A stretch of 44,169 nucleotides of DNA, from the NCBI GenBank assembly GCA_030167865.1, contig JALAGF010002092.1, positions 1 to 44,169 on the forward strand. The letters are read 5' to 3'. Of the stretch, positions 12,573 through 23,201 are shown one piece after another. Every line of letters starts with the position of its first letter. The stretch's first letter is position 1. The DNA comes from Craspedostauros australis. Taxonomy: Eukaryota. Position numbers and translations under genes: made by a program. The notes under the pieces are model-generated. The model was not told the origin of the DNA and ran no database searches. It saw only the letters and a list, made by a program, of their open reading frames with translations.

Positions 12573-15089
12573 CTACAGCTCGTCACTGCCCTGCACCTCC
12601 TTGACTCGATCGGATGGATTGTCGATCAGAACTTGATCGTACGTGCCCCTGGCAACCTCCTCTGTCTCCACCACGGTGATATGCCTGGCCTCGTCGCCAG
12701 CCAAGAAGATCTCCCACGCCTGCGTGAAGCCGGACAGAAGGTTCTGCGCGTACCGGTTGGCATCCCAATACGGGTGCATCGGGTTGCGTTGCAGCGCCGC
12801 ATCGACCAACCGCTTGCGCACATCGCCCAGCTTGGCCTTGTCATTGCCCAACGCGATGGCGATGTCCTCGTACTGCTTGGGTCCGTCAACGGCGTTGAGT
12901 TCCTCGAGTCCCAGGACGATGTTGGCCGATGTCGTGACGCGGGAGCTCATGTCGTCGCCATCGCTGCGCGTGATGATCGGCACGCCGCCGTAGAGGCTGT
13001 CTTGCGCCACGGTGTGTCCGTTGTAGGGGAAGGAATCCAGCATGACGTTGCAGAAGTCCTGGTTGCGCGCCTGGTGATCGAAGGGACTGCGTTCCCATGG
13101 CAGGAAGTGGATGCGGTCGATCAGGTCCTCGCCATCCTGCGGCTTGAAGGTGTTGTACTGCTTCTTGGATCGCGAATCGGTCTCGACGCTTGGGAGACCT
13201 GCGGCTTCGTGGATGTACCGCTGCATGTACGGGACTCCTTGCGAGGGATTCTCCAAAAGACACAGGATGGAGTTTGGCACCTCGCGCAAGATGCGGATCC
13301 AGCTGTTGAGAGTCTGCGGGTTGTTCTTGAGGAACTTGTTGAAGTTGCAAAAGACGATGGACGGTTCCTCGATGTCATCAGCCAGGCACCGATTCTGCTG
13401 CGGCGACCCCGTCCCGATTCTGTATGGCATTTCGGGTGGTGCGTAGTCGTGGGTTGGCTGCTTGACCTCCTTCTGCACGGCATGGCCCTTGCTGAAGAAG
13501 TGGTTGGGCAGGTAGATGAACTTCTCCGTGTAGAGGTACTCCAGATGCGGCGGGGATGTGACCTTGTCCGTGACGATGTAATCGATGTACTGCGCGCCGC
13601 TGGTGCCCAAGAATTCCTGGTGCAGTATCTGCATCGGCGCCGGGTGCAAGGCCATGAGACCTTGCGCTCGTTCACCCTGACGGGCGTAGCCATCCCATTC
13701 CACCAGGATGTGGATATCCTTGCTGTGGATGTACCGCGCCATGTCGATGTGCGATGTCTTCATGTGCTCGACGTCATGGAAGTGGTCCACGTGACCCTTG
13801 ACGCGCTCCCTCCAGTCGCAGCCACCCATGCCGACCTTGATGAAGAGATCGTTATCCGCCGGTCCCAAGGAGAAGACGTGCATCTCGATCTTCGAACGAT
13901 CGTAGAATCGAAAGATGTCCTGCGACAGGTACAGCACCGCCTTCGAATTGAAGCCGCTGCCGACGAAGCCGACGCGCAGCTTGAAATCTGGCTTGCTGGC
14001 ATCCTCGACGTACCGCTCGCGATCCGCCTTGGGGTTGTAGGGAAGATCCGGCGGAAGGGGATCCAGCGAACCCGCAGAACTGACGCGCGCCATCATCTCA
14101 TCCATCGCGGCCGAGGACTCGGCGGAGTAACGCTTGAGGATGGGTGGGACGGGATACCCCAGCATCATGTGCGGGTGCACCGACGTGGCGCGGTTCCACT
14201 TGATCGTCCCACCTTCCTCACGACGGTTGAGGGCGGCCTCGCGTTCCGTGATCTCAATGATGCGCTCCATGTCGCGGTCGAATGTGGTGCCGTTGAAGCC
14301 CCAGTCCAGCACCATGGTACGGCAGTAGACGGCGTTGCTGCACGATGGTCCCAGCTTGAAGTCCGACCGACGGCACGACAGCTCGAAGATATCGGCACAC
14401 GCCTCGTAGTTCTTGCGCGAGAAGAGCGTGCTGCCGTACTCGTAGAGATCCTCCGGCGTCTTGTCACCGAACGCCTCGGCCTGCGACGCACCTTCTGCAG
14501 GACGGAACTTGTTTTCGCCATTTCGTTTGGGTCTGTCCAGCTTGGAGAGTCCATCATCAACGGGCGTCTTCCTCTTGGCGCCAGCAGAACTCTGCATCTG
14601 GCGTTGCAACAGCTGCGCCTCCGGGTTGTGCGGATCCACCATCAACGCCTGCTCTAGGTACTTGGCCGCCATGTCCTTCTGATCGCGCTGGAAGGACTCA
14701 CGCGCGATGAAGACGAAGCCGTCCGCGGCGCGGTCCTGCACGGCGTAGCACTGCATGAAGCCACCGAAGGCGTCCTGCACGGAGTAAGCGTTGCTGGAGG
14801 CCTCCTGCAGCAGCACCGACCTCCAGAAGTACAGGCTGGCGTCATCGAAGCTGCCGGCGGCGAACAGCTCTCTGCCCTTCTCCAGAGATTCTGTTCCGTC
14901 CAGCTCGATCTCGTGAACGCTCAGGGCTTGCGCGGTTGGCAGGATGGAGGCCGCCAGCGATGCGCACAGCGAGACCGCTGCAATCGACATCAGCAGGGAC
15001 ACCGACACGACCATCATGGCATTGAGGATCCTGGACATGAAAGTCTTGGAGCTGCGGGAGACTGCACTCCTCTGGGAAGCGACCTTCAT
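12573..15089 (-). CDS. OGT/SEC-like GT41 glycosyltransferase with few TPRs, N-terminal signal peptide and C-terminal SDEL
   Basis: Single ORF; first ATG 15089 (listed start 15170 is TTG). GT41 motifs SVHPH, LRVGFV, DIHILV.WDGY, ALHPAPMQI, GTSGAQYIDYIVTD, YTEKFIYLP, FCNFNKFLK, LDSFPYNGHT..DSLYGGVPIIT, SSRVTTS. Hydrophobic N-terminus ending AQA-LS; ends QGSDEL*. Confidence 0.9.
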   Translation of the reverse strand: MKVASQRSAVSRSSKTFMSRILNAMMVVSVSLLMSIAAVSLCASLAASILPTAQALSVHEIELDGTESLEKGRELFAAGSFDDASLYFWRSVLLQEASSNAYSVQDAFGGFMQCYAVQDRAADGFVFIARESFQRDQKDMAAKYLEQALMVDPHNPEAQLLQRQMQSSAGAKRKTPVDDGLSKLDRPKRNGENKFRPAEGASQAEAFGDKTPEDLYEYGSTLFSRKNYEACADIFELSCRRSDFKLGPSCSNAVYCRTMVLDWGFNGTTFDRDMERIIEITEREAALNRREEGGTIKWNRATSVHPHMMLGYPVPPILKRYSAESSAAMDEMMARVSSAGSLDPLPPDLPYNPKADRERYVEDASKPDFKLRVGFVGSGFNSKAVLYLSQDIFRFYDRSKIEMHVFSLGPADNDLFIKVGMGGCDWRERVKGHVDHFHDVEHMKTSHIDMARYIHSKDIHILVEWDGYARQGERAQGLMALHPAPMQILHQEFLGTSGAQYIDYIVTDKVTSPPHLEYLYTEKFIYLPNHFFSKGHAVQKEVKQPTHDYAPPEMPYRIGTGSPQQNRCLADDIEEPSIVFCNFNKFLKNNPQTLNSWIRILREVPNSILCLLENPSQGVPYMQRYIHEAAGLPSVETDSRSKKQYNTFKPQDGEDLIDRIHFLPWERSPFDHQARNQDFCNVMLDSFPYNGHTVAQDSLYGGVPIITRSDGDDMSSRVTTSANIVLGLEELNAVDGPKQYEDIAIALGNDKAKLGDVRKRLVDAALQRNPMHPYWDANRYAQNLLSGFTQAWEIFLAGDEARHITVVETEEVARGTYDQVLIDNPSDRVKEVQGSDEL

Positions 15090-15638
15090 CTTATCTCTGT
15101 GTGTGGTATGGTGTGGTATTGTATGGTGTGGTACGGTGTGATATTGTTCGACTGTCGACTGTCGATGCAATGGGATCAGCTGTTGTTGTTCTTCAAACAG
15201 CTCTGTTGCTGCCGCTGTGATGGCTCTTGATGTGTCGGGTTGTGGTCACTTCTCTCCTCTTCTCTCGTATTCTCAACTCTTCTGGGCTCTCCGTGTTGTC
15301 CTCCATCGTGTTCTTCTCTGTGCGTTGTGACTGTTTTCGTGTGCGTTTCAACAACTGCGACCACAGCGGCGAGTGCGAGTATCTTTGCCGCCAAAATTGG
15401 AATTCTCTCTCTTTTCGTCTGTCTTTCCATACGTTGGATGATTAGTCGATGTAGTCATACGCCGGACATCGTCACGATCAACCATTTTTGACGGTGTGCT
15501 TCACTTTTTTGCGCGAACGAACTGCCACCATCGTCGACATCGTCGACCCGCCAACATCATCGACACCAGAACGGATTGCCTTCCTTGACAACCGTACTCA
15601 ACGTATCATACCCTGCCACCATCCCGAGTGAGACGACA

Positions 15639-17069
15639 ATGAAAGTGAAAGCACTGTCAAGGAGCAAGGCCTCCACCCAGCGCGAATGCGTCGGAGATCT
15701 GCGACGTCATGATCGCAACCTCGACCCCACCTACCATCCCATGCAACGGCCGAGAGAGTACACGCGTGCCGTCACATCCGCCAAGATCGAGCGCATGTTC
15801 GCCAAGCCGCTGGTCGGCAACCTGGGCAACGGCCATGCGGATGCCGTCTATCACACCGCCATCTCGCGCCGCACGCTGCTGCCCATGATCAGCGGTGCCG
15901 CCGATGGCTGCATCGCACTGTGGGATCTGGCCACGCGGGCCAACGTGGCGACGATCAAGGGTGCGCATTCGCGGGCGGTGTCCGGCATCGTCTTTGGATT
16001 GGACCAGGACTTTTACACGTGCAGCGTGGATGGCAAGGCGCGGCGGTGGTCCATCGGCGATGTCATGCATGCCAATTCGGCAGATCAGCAGCTGCTTCAG
16101 CGGACGAGTGGTGGCAGTGCCAGTGGCGGTGCCAGCGTAGATGCCTCCGTGGCGCAGCCGCTTTCGACATGGCGCATCGACGGCTCCTTCCAGTCCATCG
16201 ATCATCAGTGGGAGAATCCGCAGTTCGTGACGGCATCGGATGAGGCCGTTCAGGTTTGGGATCCCGAACGCAACTCGCCCATCCAGACGCACGATGATCT
16301 GTGGGGATCCTCCGACACGGTGCAGGTGGTGCGTTGCCATCCCGTGGAATCGCATCTGGTCGCCAACTGTTCGGCGGATCGTGGCATCGGGTTGCATGAC
16401 ATCCGGACCGCGTCGGCCATGAAAAAGACGATATTGCGCATGCGATCCAACGACCTGCAGTGGAATCCTATGGAACCGCTCAACTTCGTGGTCGGCAACG
16501 AAGACCACCAGGCCTACACGTTCGACATGAGGAAGCTGTCGCAACCCACCCACATCTACAAGGGACACACGTCGGCCGTCATGTCCGTCAGCTGGGCGCC
16601 GACGGGCAGGGAATTCGTCACGGGCTCGTACGACAGGACGATACGCATCTTCTCCCTCACGCGCAACAACGGCGTGTGCCGCGACATCTACCACGCCAAG
16701 CGCATGCAGCGAGTCTTCACCGTCAACTACTCCCTCGACAGCACGTACATCATCAGCGGCAGCGACGACACGAACGTGCGCCTGTGGAAGGCCAACGCCA
16801 GCGAGAAGCTGGGGCAGCTCACAACGCGCGAGGAAGCCGCCATGCGGTACCGCCAGGCGCTGGTGCAGAAGTTCCAGCATCTGCCGCAGGTCAAGAAGAT
16901 CCACAGAGCGCGCAAGCTGCCCAAGGTCATCAAGAAGCAGACGCATATCGGCATCATCCAGAAGGAGAGCGCGGAGCGCAAGCAGGCAAATCGCGTCAAG
17001 CATTCCAAGCCCGGTGTTCACAAGTTCGTTCCGGAGCGCAAGAAGGTCGTTGTGCAGCAGGTGGATTAG
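15639..17069 (+). CDS. DCAF13: WD40 SSU-processome protein Sof1/DCAF13
   Basis: MKVKALSRS...RNLDPTYHPMQRPREYTRAVTSAKIERMFAKPLVG, WNPMEPLNF, GREFVTGSYDRTIRIF, YHAKRMQRVF, SGSDDTNVRLWKANASEKLG and a Sof1-type C-terminus. Confidence 0.95.
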   Translation: MKVKALSRSKASTQRECVGDLRRHDRNLDPTYHPMQRPREYTRAVTSAKIERMFAKPLVGNLGNGHADAVYHTAISRRTLLPMISGAADGCIALWDLATRANVATIKGAHSRAVSGIVFGLDQDFYTCSVDGKARRWSIGDVMHANSADQQLLQRTSGGSASGGASVDASVAQPLSTWRIDGSFQSIDHQWENPQFVTASDEAVQVWDPERNSPIQTHDDLWGSSDTVQVVRCHPVESHLVANCSADRGIGLHDIRTASAMKKTILRMRSNDLQWNPMEPLNFVVGNEDHQAYTFDMRKLSQPTHIYKGHTSAVMSVSWAPTGREFVTGSYDRTIRIFSLTRNNGVCRDIYHAKRMQRVFTVNYSLDSTYIISGSDDTNVRLWKANASEKLGQLTTREEAAMRYRQALVQKFQHLPQVKKIHRARKLPKVIKKQTHIGIIQKESAERKQANRVKHSKPGVHKFVPERKKVVVQQVD

Positions 17070-18393
17070 AATAGAATGGAGTCAGGTGGAGTGGAGTGGA
17101 GTATTGCATGGTTGAGCCTGTTCGAGCATGTTTGAACATGGGAAACATGATGTGGGGGTCTGTAACGAGGAATAACGATCCGTAGGTAGGGCGTTTCATC
17201 CAAGCTCAGACTTGGCTTGGTTCTTGCGTGTGGTTGCATTTCGGATCTTCGTTGTTCTGGATAGAATTGCCAACAGAACATGAGGGGCGGGACATGACAC
17301 CCCACGTCAAGGCAGCCGGCGATGTGGGAGAGCCGAAAAGACTACTCCACTCATGAGGCACTCTGCTGCAATCAATCATGCCAGTCTGCTGTGCCATTCT
17401 GTTCCTATCATCATGTCATTCCCAATGGTTCACAGTTGCAAAGATGCCCGCAGGCTTGTACGTATGAAGTACTTAGTTTGTCGCAGCGGTACGAGCATGA
17501 AGCCCCAATGTATCATGTCAGCGAACCCAAAGGCACGCCCGGAAACAAGAACAATAAGAATTGAAAGTATCGATGTTGGACGCTTGCAGAGACCTGCGGC
17601 ACGTTGCACTTTGCATCGTTCGAGCCAACCCGGTTTCGGAGGTGTTCTGTCACGATCAGTGTGTGCGTGAAGGGAGGTGCGAAGAGAAAGACGAGAAAGA
17701 TCTGCCACACAACAACCGTTTTGTGAGCACCTTCCCACAAGCGCGAAACTGCTCGTGCCACATCAAGCCAGCAAGATTGGAACGAAGATTGTCAGCGCTT
17801 CGACTAATACGACTCACCCAATTTCCTTCGACTAAATGTCCCGTGCGAACACTTGGGGTCTTTAGTGTCACTTGACACGTTGAAGCGACCACAGAATTCA
17901 TAGGAATCCAGTCATGTCCAATGTCCTTTCTCCCCTATTACATGTGCCCTTGAAAGACCCACATGTTTGTTGGGCCGCGTCCGAATAGCCCGCCCAACGA
18001 TCGCGCTTGGAGACGTGACGACGTGGATGGCCATACACATCACGAAGCGAAAGGCGTTTGGCCCAAACGGCGCCTGGGCGAAATAGTTTGCGCGTTGTGC
18101 ACACAAATACGTTGCGTTTTCGCCCAACGAAAGAGACAGCGCAACAACGACGCGCGGTAAAATCACGCACAGGAAAGGAACGCTTGGGCACAGCGAGAAG
18201 GTGTGCTTCACTCTCACGACAAACAAACCATCTCTGTCGCTGTGTTGGTGGGACGATCGACCGCTCAACCAAGTGTTGCTCTCCAATCAGTCTCTGTCGC
18301 TCGCTGACTTGACTACCTGCCTGACTGGCTGATCCATTGATCAACCGCTACATCGTCACTCGTCGTCTGATTGAACCTGAACAGAGTCGCAAG

Positions 18394-20298
18394 ATGACAG
18401 AAGTGATCACTGCAACGACGACTGTTGCGCAACCAGCGATCGGACCTGTGTTGGAGGCAACTCCTCATACAGAGACAGAGACAGAGATCGCTGCGGAGAC
18501 TACATTGAACACAACTGTGGATACTGCCGCGCAGACTGCCACAGAGACAGAAGAGGAAGACGAAGAGGAAGACGAGGAAGAGACAACAGAAGAGATCAGA
18601 GACGAGACGATGAAGAAGCTGAAGACGGTGACGCCCACCATGATCTCGGTCGAGCCGGATGCCATGTCTTCGAAGCCGGTGAGCCAGCTCAGCGCCCTGA
18701 GTTCCCAGTCCATGCACTCCACGACGTCTCCCAACTCCAACTCCAAGCCGTCATCTTCCAAGACGAGATCCAAGTCGAAGACGACCAAGTCCAAGAGCGG
18801 CAAGAAGCAGCGATCGCAGGGCTTGGAGTCGTCGTCGCACCATCGCAAGTCCAGGAAGAGCAAGGCCACATCGCGCGATGGATTGAACGGAGACACGGAC
18901 CACGACACGATCGAGACCTCACCCTTGAGCGATGTCAGCGATCACGTGGCCCTCGGCAAGTCCAAGCATCGGTCGCGGCACAGCAGCAGCGGTCGTCGCA
19001 AGAGCATCGGCAAGGGCAGCAACCACAGCGGCAAGAAGTCGCGTGAGGGATCACCCAAGACCGTCACGGCGGGAGGGCTCACGCGAAGCCTCAGCGAGGA
19101 CGAGCTCAACGTGTCGGCAAAGTCGTCCGCATCCAGCAAGCACAGCATCGCAAGTGACGACGACAACCGCCACAACGAGGAGGACATTGGCGACATTGAC
19201 GACGCTGATGAGTTCGCTTGCGACTCGCCGCATTCCAAGGAGGGATGCCCTGAGCCAGCGACGGCGCCAACGCCGATACAGATAGCGTCTCCCAAATCGT
19301 CAACCCGCAAAAAGACCGACAAGAAGGCGAAGAAGAAATCCAAGGACCGCTCCAAATCGAAGGAACGATCCAAGTCAAAGGAGAGGTCTAAGTCAAAGGA
19401 AAGGTCTAAGTCGAAGGAGCGCTCCAAAGCGAAGGAGAGATCGAGAAGCAAGGCACGCTCAAAGTCCAGGGATCGGCTGGATTTGGCAGTGGCGAATGGC
19501 GCCTCACCTCCGGCGCCTCCTTCCGCCAAAGAAAGACGCCGCCAGATGAAACGATCCAAAAGCGAACGTGTCGTGTCCTTGAGCAGCCAGCGATCCTTGA
19601 TCAGTTCGGACGGCAACGACAAGTCAAAAGGCGACGCATCCACCGCGGACACTGCCAACGCCATCCCGGTATCGCCGCATTCGCCTTGCCGCTTCCAGAA
19701 CACGCGATCCAAATCCGCGCGCCTGCTGTTTGGCGACAAATCCATCAACGCGCCCGATCTGCACTGCGTTCTCGAGAAGAAGGTGGAGTTCGGTTCCATC
19801 GAATGGCGGGAGTATCCGATCGAGCTGGGCGACAACCCCTCCTGCAGCGCGGATGGCGGACCGCCGCTCACCATCGGCTGGAACTACCAGCACATTGAAT
19901 GGTACGGCATCGACGAGTTCGAATCCCTTCGCGGATGCGGCGACGTCCTGCAGCAGTCTCCCAACGCGAATGACCCCGCCGCCAATGAGAATGCGGCCTA
20001 CCAGCGCGCCGTCTGCACGGGCGATCTCATCATCCCGGCCTCCATACGGCTCAAGCTCCTGCTGCAATCGGGATACAGCATGGAGCACATCGACGGCGTC
20101 ATGGAGCAGATGGAGATCATTCGCAAGCAACGCCAAAAGACGTTGGCCAGCATCAACACCACCAAATGGAAGGTCTTCGGAAAGCTCAAGACGACGATCA
20201 AGAAACAAACGAGTAGCAGCGCCGTCGACGCGACGAGCAGCAGCTCCTCTGCCAAAACAAAGAAGAGACGAGGATTCTCGTTGTTCCGCAAAAAATGA
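18394..20298 (+). CDS. Uncharacterised Ser/Lys-rich low-complexity protein with a C-terminal 'V.F...REY...LGDNPS...GPPL.IGW' domain
   Basis: Long ORF with coding-like codon bias; acidic N-terminus, basic SK-rich middle, then KKVEFGSIEWREYPIELGDNPSCSADGGPPLTIGW...R.KLLLQSGYS...IRKQRQKT, a module I recall from many diatom hypothetical proteins. Confidence 0.8.
   Translation: MTEVITATTTVAQPAIGPVLEATPHTETETEIAAETTLNTTVDTAAQTATETEEEDEEEDEEETTEEIRDETMKKLKTVTPTMISVEPDAMSSKPVSQLSALSSQSMHSTTSPNSNSKPSSSKTRSKSKTTKSKSGKKQRSQGLESSSHHRKSRKSKATSRDGLNGDTDHDTIETSPLSDVSDHVALGKSKHRSRHSSSGRRKSIGKGSNHSGKKSREGSPKTVTAGGLTRSLSEDELNVSAKSSASSKHSIASDDDNRHNEEDIGDIDDADEFACDSPHSKEGCPEPATAPTPIQIASPKSSTRKKTDKKAKKKSKDRSKSKERSKSKERSKSKERSKSKERSKAKERSRSKARSKSRDRLDLAVANGASPPAPPSAKERRRQMKRSKSERVVSLSSQRSLISSDGNDKSKGDASTADTANAIPVSPHSPCRFQNTRSKSARLLFGDKSINAPDLHCVLEKKVEFGSIEWREYPIELGDNPSCSADGGPPLTIGWNYQHIEWYGIDEFESLRGCGDVLQQSPNANDPAANENAAYQRAVCTGDLIIPASIRLKLLLQSGYSMEHIDGVMEQMEIIRKQRQKTLASINTTKWKVFGKLKTTIKKQTSSSAVDATSSSSSAKTKKRRGFSLFRKK
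19351..19476 (+). repeat. Coding 18-bp tandem repeat, 7 units encoding SKSKER-like hexapeptides
   Basis: tccaaatcgaaggaacga / tccaagtcaaaggagagg / tctaagtcaaaggaaagg / tctaagtcgaaggagcgc / tccaaagcgaaggagaga / tcgagaagcaaggcacgc / tcaaagtccagggatcgg; differences in the first four units are all synonymous. Confidence 0.9.
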
Positions 20299-20866
20299 TC
20301 ATGTCTGCGGATCATGTCGATAGCAGCAACCGTGGCTGCTCGCGCAACGGGAACAACTAAGCAGCAGTATGCATGCGATAGTAATCTATGCTTCTTTGAA
20401 CTTTTTTAGATTAGAAACGGTGTGAGAGTTATTCCACCATCTTGAAGCATCTGTTGCTTCCTGAAGTTGATTGCCGTGAAGGGCGGAAGGTTGCACTGCA
20501 CAGGGTCGATAGTCGTACGACCACGCAGCTGGATGTGAGCTTTGGCACGATCTTGGAACAGGAGCTCAACCAAGAAAGATGATTTCGTCATGCACCTTTG
20601 TGATGCCTTGAGTCGCTCTTTCTTGTGAAGCGATAGTAACAGCCATCCTCTGCTTCACTTTCCGTCGCAAGTGGACTCGACCTCGACACTCAACACCTTC
20701 TCATCCAGCATTGTCTAGCTCGTATAATATTATACATCGAACGAAGAGCTACATACGAGTAGAGTAGTTGCGCTATTCGAAACACAGGCATTGCGATACG
20801 CAACGGAATGCCAACAGGAAAGACAGCTTGCATGTACGCATGTTTCTCTCTCTAGAGAAAATCTGT

Positions 20867-22255
20867 TTATAGGTACAGTCCTTCCGGGATATTTCCCTTC
20901 TTGCGATACAGGGCCTTCTCCTTGGCCTTGACGAAATCTTCCTGGCACACCTTCATACGACGTTCTCGCAAGGCAAGCATACCGGCCTCCGTGCAGACGG
21001 CCTTGATGTCGGCACCGCTGAGCTCATCCTTGGCCATGACGAACTTCTCCAGATCGACGTCGTCGGCCAGCGTCATGCGGCTCGTGTGGATATTGAAGAT
21101 GTGGCGCTTGGTTTTGGTGTCGGGCAGCGGGAATTCGATCTTTCTGTCAATACGTCCCGGACGGATGAGGGCGGGGTCGAGCGATTCGATGCGGTTCGTG
21201 GCCATGATGACCTTGACGTCGCCGCGTTCGTCGAAACCGTCGAGCTGATTGAGGAGCTCGAGCATCGTGCGCTGGATCTCGCGCGTTCCGCCGGAGTTGG
21301 ACTCGTAACGCTTGCTGCCGACCGCATCGATCTCGTCGATGAAGACGATGGTGGGCGACAGGTCGTCGGCGACGCGGAAGAGCTCCCTGACCAGCTTGGG
21401 ACCGTCGCCGAGGTACTTCTGAATGAGCTCGGAACCCACGACGCGCAGGAACGTGGCGGAGGTTTGGTTGGCCACGGCCTTCGCGAGCAGGGTCTTGCCA
21501 GTTCCCGGTTCACCGTAGAGGATGACTCCCTTGGGCGGCTTGATGCCGATGTCCTCGTAGAGCTCCGGATGGGCCAGCGGGAGCTCCACGGCCTCCTTGA
21601 TTTCTTGGATCTGCTCCTCCAGTCCACCGATGTCGGCGTAGGTCTCCAGCGGCGCCTTCTCCACCTTCATGACGGAGACCATCGGATCGGTGTCATCCGC
21701 CAGTATCCCCACCACGCTCATGGTTTTGTTGTGCAGCAGCACCGAGCTTCCTGGATCCAGGAGATCCTGGTTGACGGACGACAGGATGTTGACGTAGTAC
21801 TCGGGCCCCACGGAGGAGCTGACGATGGCGTGGTTGTCGTCGATGAGCTCCTCCAGCGTTCCCACTCCCAGCGGCGACCCGCGCAGCTCCTCGAGCTTCT
21901 CGCGTTCCTCCTGATCGCGTTCCTCGCTGGGCTTGAAGACTTCGTGGTTGCGTATGAATTCTTCCTCCAGCAGCAGGAAATCCTTGACGCGGTCCAGCTT
22001 GAGCAGCCGCAGCTTGCATTTGGAGGACGGCACGACGGTGGGCAGCTTGTTGAGGCCCGAGGGGCCCTTGCGTCGTCGGCGGCGTCCCTGGCGGTTGGTG
22101 CTGGCGGGGCGTGGCTCGAAGCGCTTCTTCTTCTTCTTGCGCTCCTCCTCCTTGTTGTTGTTGGCGTTGTTGGCGTTGTTGCCGTTCGCGTTGTTGTTGT
22201 TGTTGGAGGGTGGGCCGGAGCCGTCCCCGGCCATTCCTCCTGGCATGTTACCCAT
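20867..22255 (-). CDS. PSMC1: 26S proteasome AAA-ATPase regulatory subunit 4 (Rpt2)
   Basis: [105 protein letters not shown]-terminal PEGLYL (HbYX tail) and N-terminal MG. Confidence 0.98.
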   Translation of the reverse strand: MGNMPGGMAGDGSGPPSNNNNNANGNNANNANNNKEEERKKKKKRFEPRPASTNRQGRRRRRKGPSGLNKLPTVVPSSKCKLRLLKLDRVKDFLLLEEEFIRNHEVFKPSEERDQEEREKLEELRGSPLGVGTLEELIDDNHAIVSSSVGPEYYVNILSSVNQDLLDPGSSVLLHNKTMSVVGILADDTDPMVSVMKVEKAPLETYADIGGLEEQIQEIKEAVELPLAHPELYEDIGIKPPKGVILYGEPGTGKTLLAKAVANQTSATFLRVVGSELIQKYLGDGPKLVRELFRVADDLSPTIVFIDEIDAVGSKRYESNSGGTREIQRTMLELLNQLDGFDERGDVKVIMATNRIESLDPALIRPGRIDRKIEFPLPDTKTKRHIFNIHTSRMTLADDVDLEKFVMAKDELSGADIKAVCTEAGMLALRERRMKVCQEDFVKAKEKALYRKKGNIPEGLYL

Positions 22256-23201
22256 CTTGCCTCAATTCACGTCGATGCGAGTGTGGTTCAATATTGTTGC
22301 GCCGTGCTTGATTGCGGGTGTGCTGGGCTGTCTTGTATCAGGGGATGTGTGATGAACGGCGCCGCGCTGGTATGGTCCGGATTGTGTGAGATCCAGAGCG
22401 CCATGGTCGGACTTGGCAACAGAAAAACGAGACCGATCAAAACCACAGATCGACAAACAAACAAAAAAGAAGTCACTCGATCTGCAAAGAAGTTTGGGAG
22501 AAAGAGGGAGAGCTTACGCACACAACAATCGGACAAGATGACACAAGAAGATGGATTGAATTGGCGACTCATTCGATTACATAAGATTGAAACTACGATT
22601 TCGAAACGCTCCCGACGCTTCCACGCGCCAATCGGTCTCGTTTTGACGTCGGAGAATCATGAAGATCACGTGGGACACGGGGGAGTGAATGGTTGCGTGA
22701 TTTTAATTATGATGCCGAACGCGAGGTCGCCTTCTTTTTGCGTTTCGCGGCGGCCGTTTTGCCCGTTGTTTCGTTTCGTTTCGTTGGAATCGTCATCCTT
22801 CTTGGCGCGTGGTATGGCGTGGCATGGTGAACCAGAGTGCGAAAGCATGCGAAGGTGCGTGGAAAGGTGAAAGCGGGTAGATCACCGAACCACACAAAAA
22901 CAAAGACACAGGAAGCTTGCTTGTTGACCCAACACTCTGCCTTGACGACAACCCTCTCTGCCGTCGCTCGTCGCTCTGCAACGTTGCAAAGCATTCCAAG
23001 ACACTTACTTGGTCGCAGCCTTTGATTACATTCACACAATACAATAGGATAGAATACAATACTTCGAATTGCTCTCCGTTGCGCGAGCATACGATCTACT
23101 TCATTCACCTGTGTGTTTGATCTCATTTCATCTTCATCAACATCACCAACAAGGAAGCGTTCCAGAAAGGACCCAAGGAAGCAGTAAGGGCAACGGCCAC
23201 G

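Noticed and set aside
12468-14657. 729-aa plus-strand ORF, and similar long ORFs at 15657-17021, 21086-22870, 24315-25217 and 28042-29052
   Set aside because: Antisense shadows of well-supported genes, expected from strong codon bias; no motifs.
20406-20712. Short minus-strand ORF between two convergent 3' ends
   Set aside because: 61 aa, no recognisable motif, probably 3' UTR sequence.
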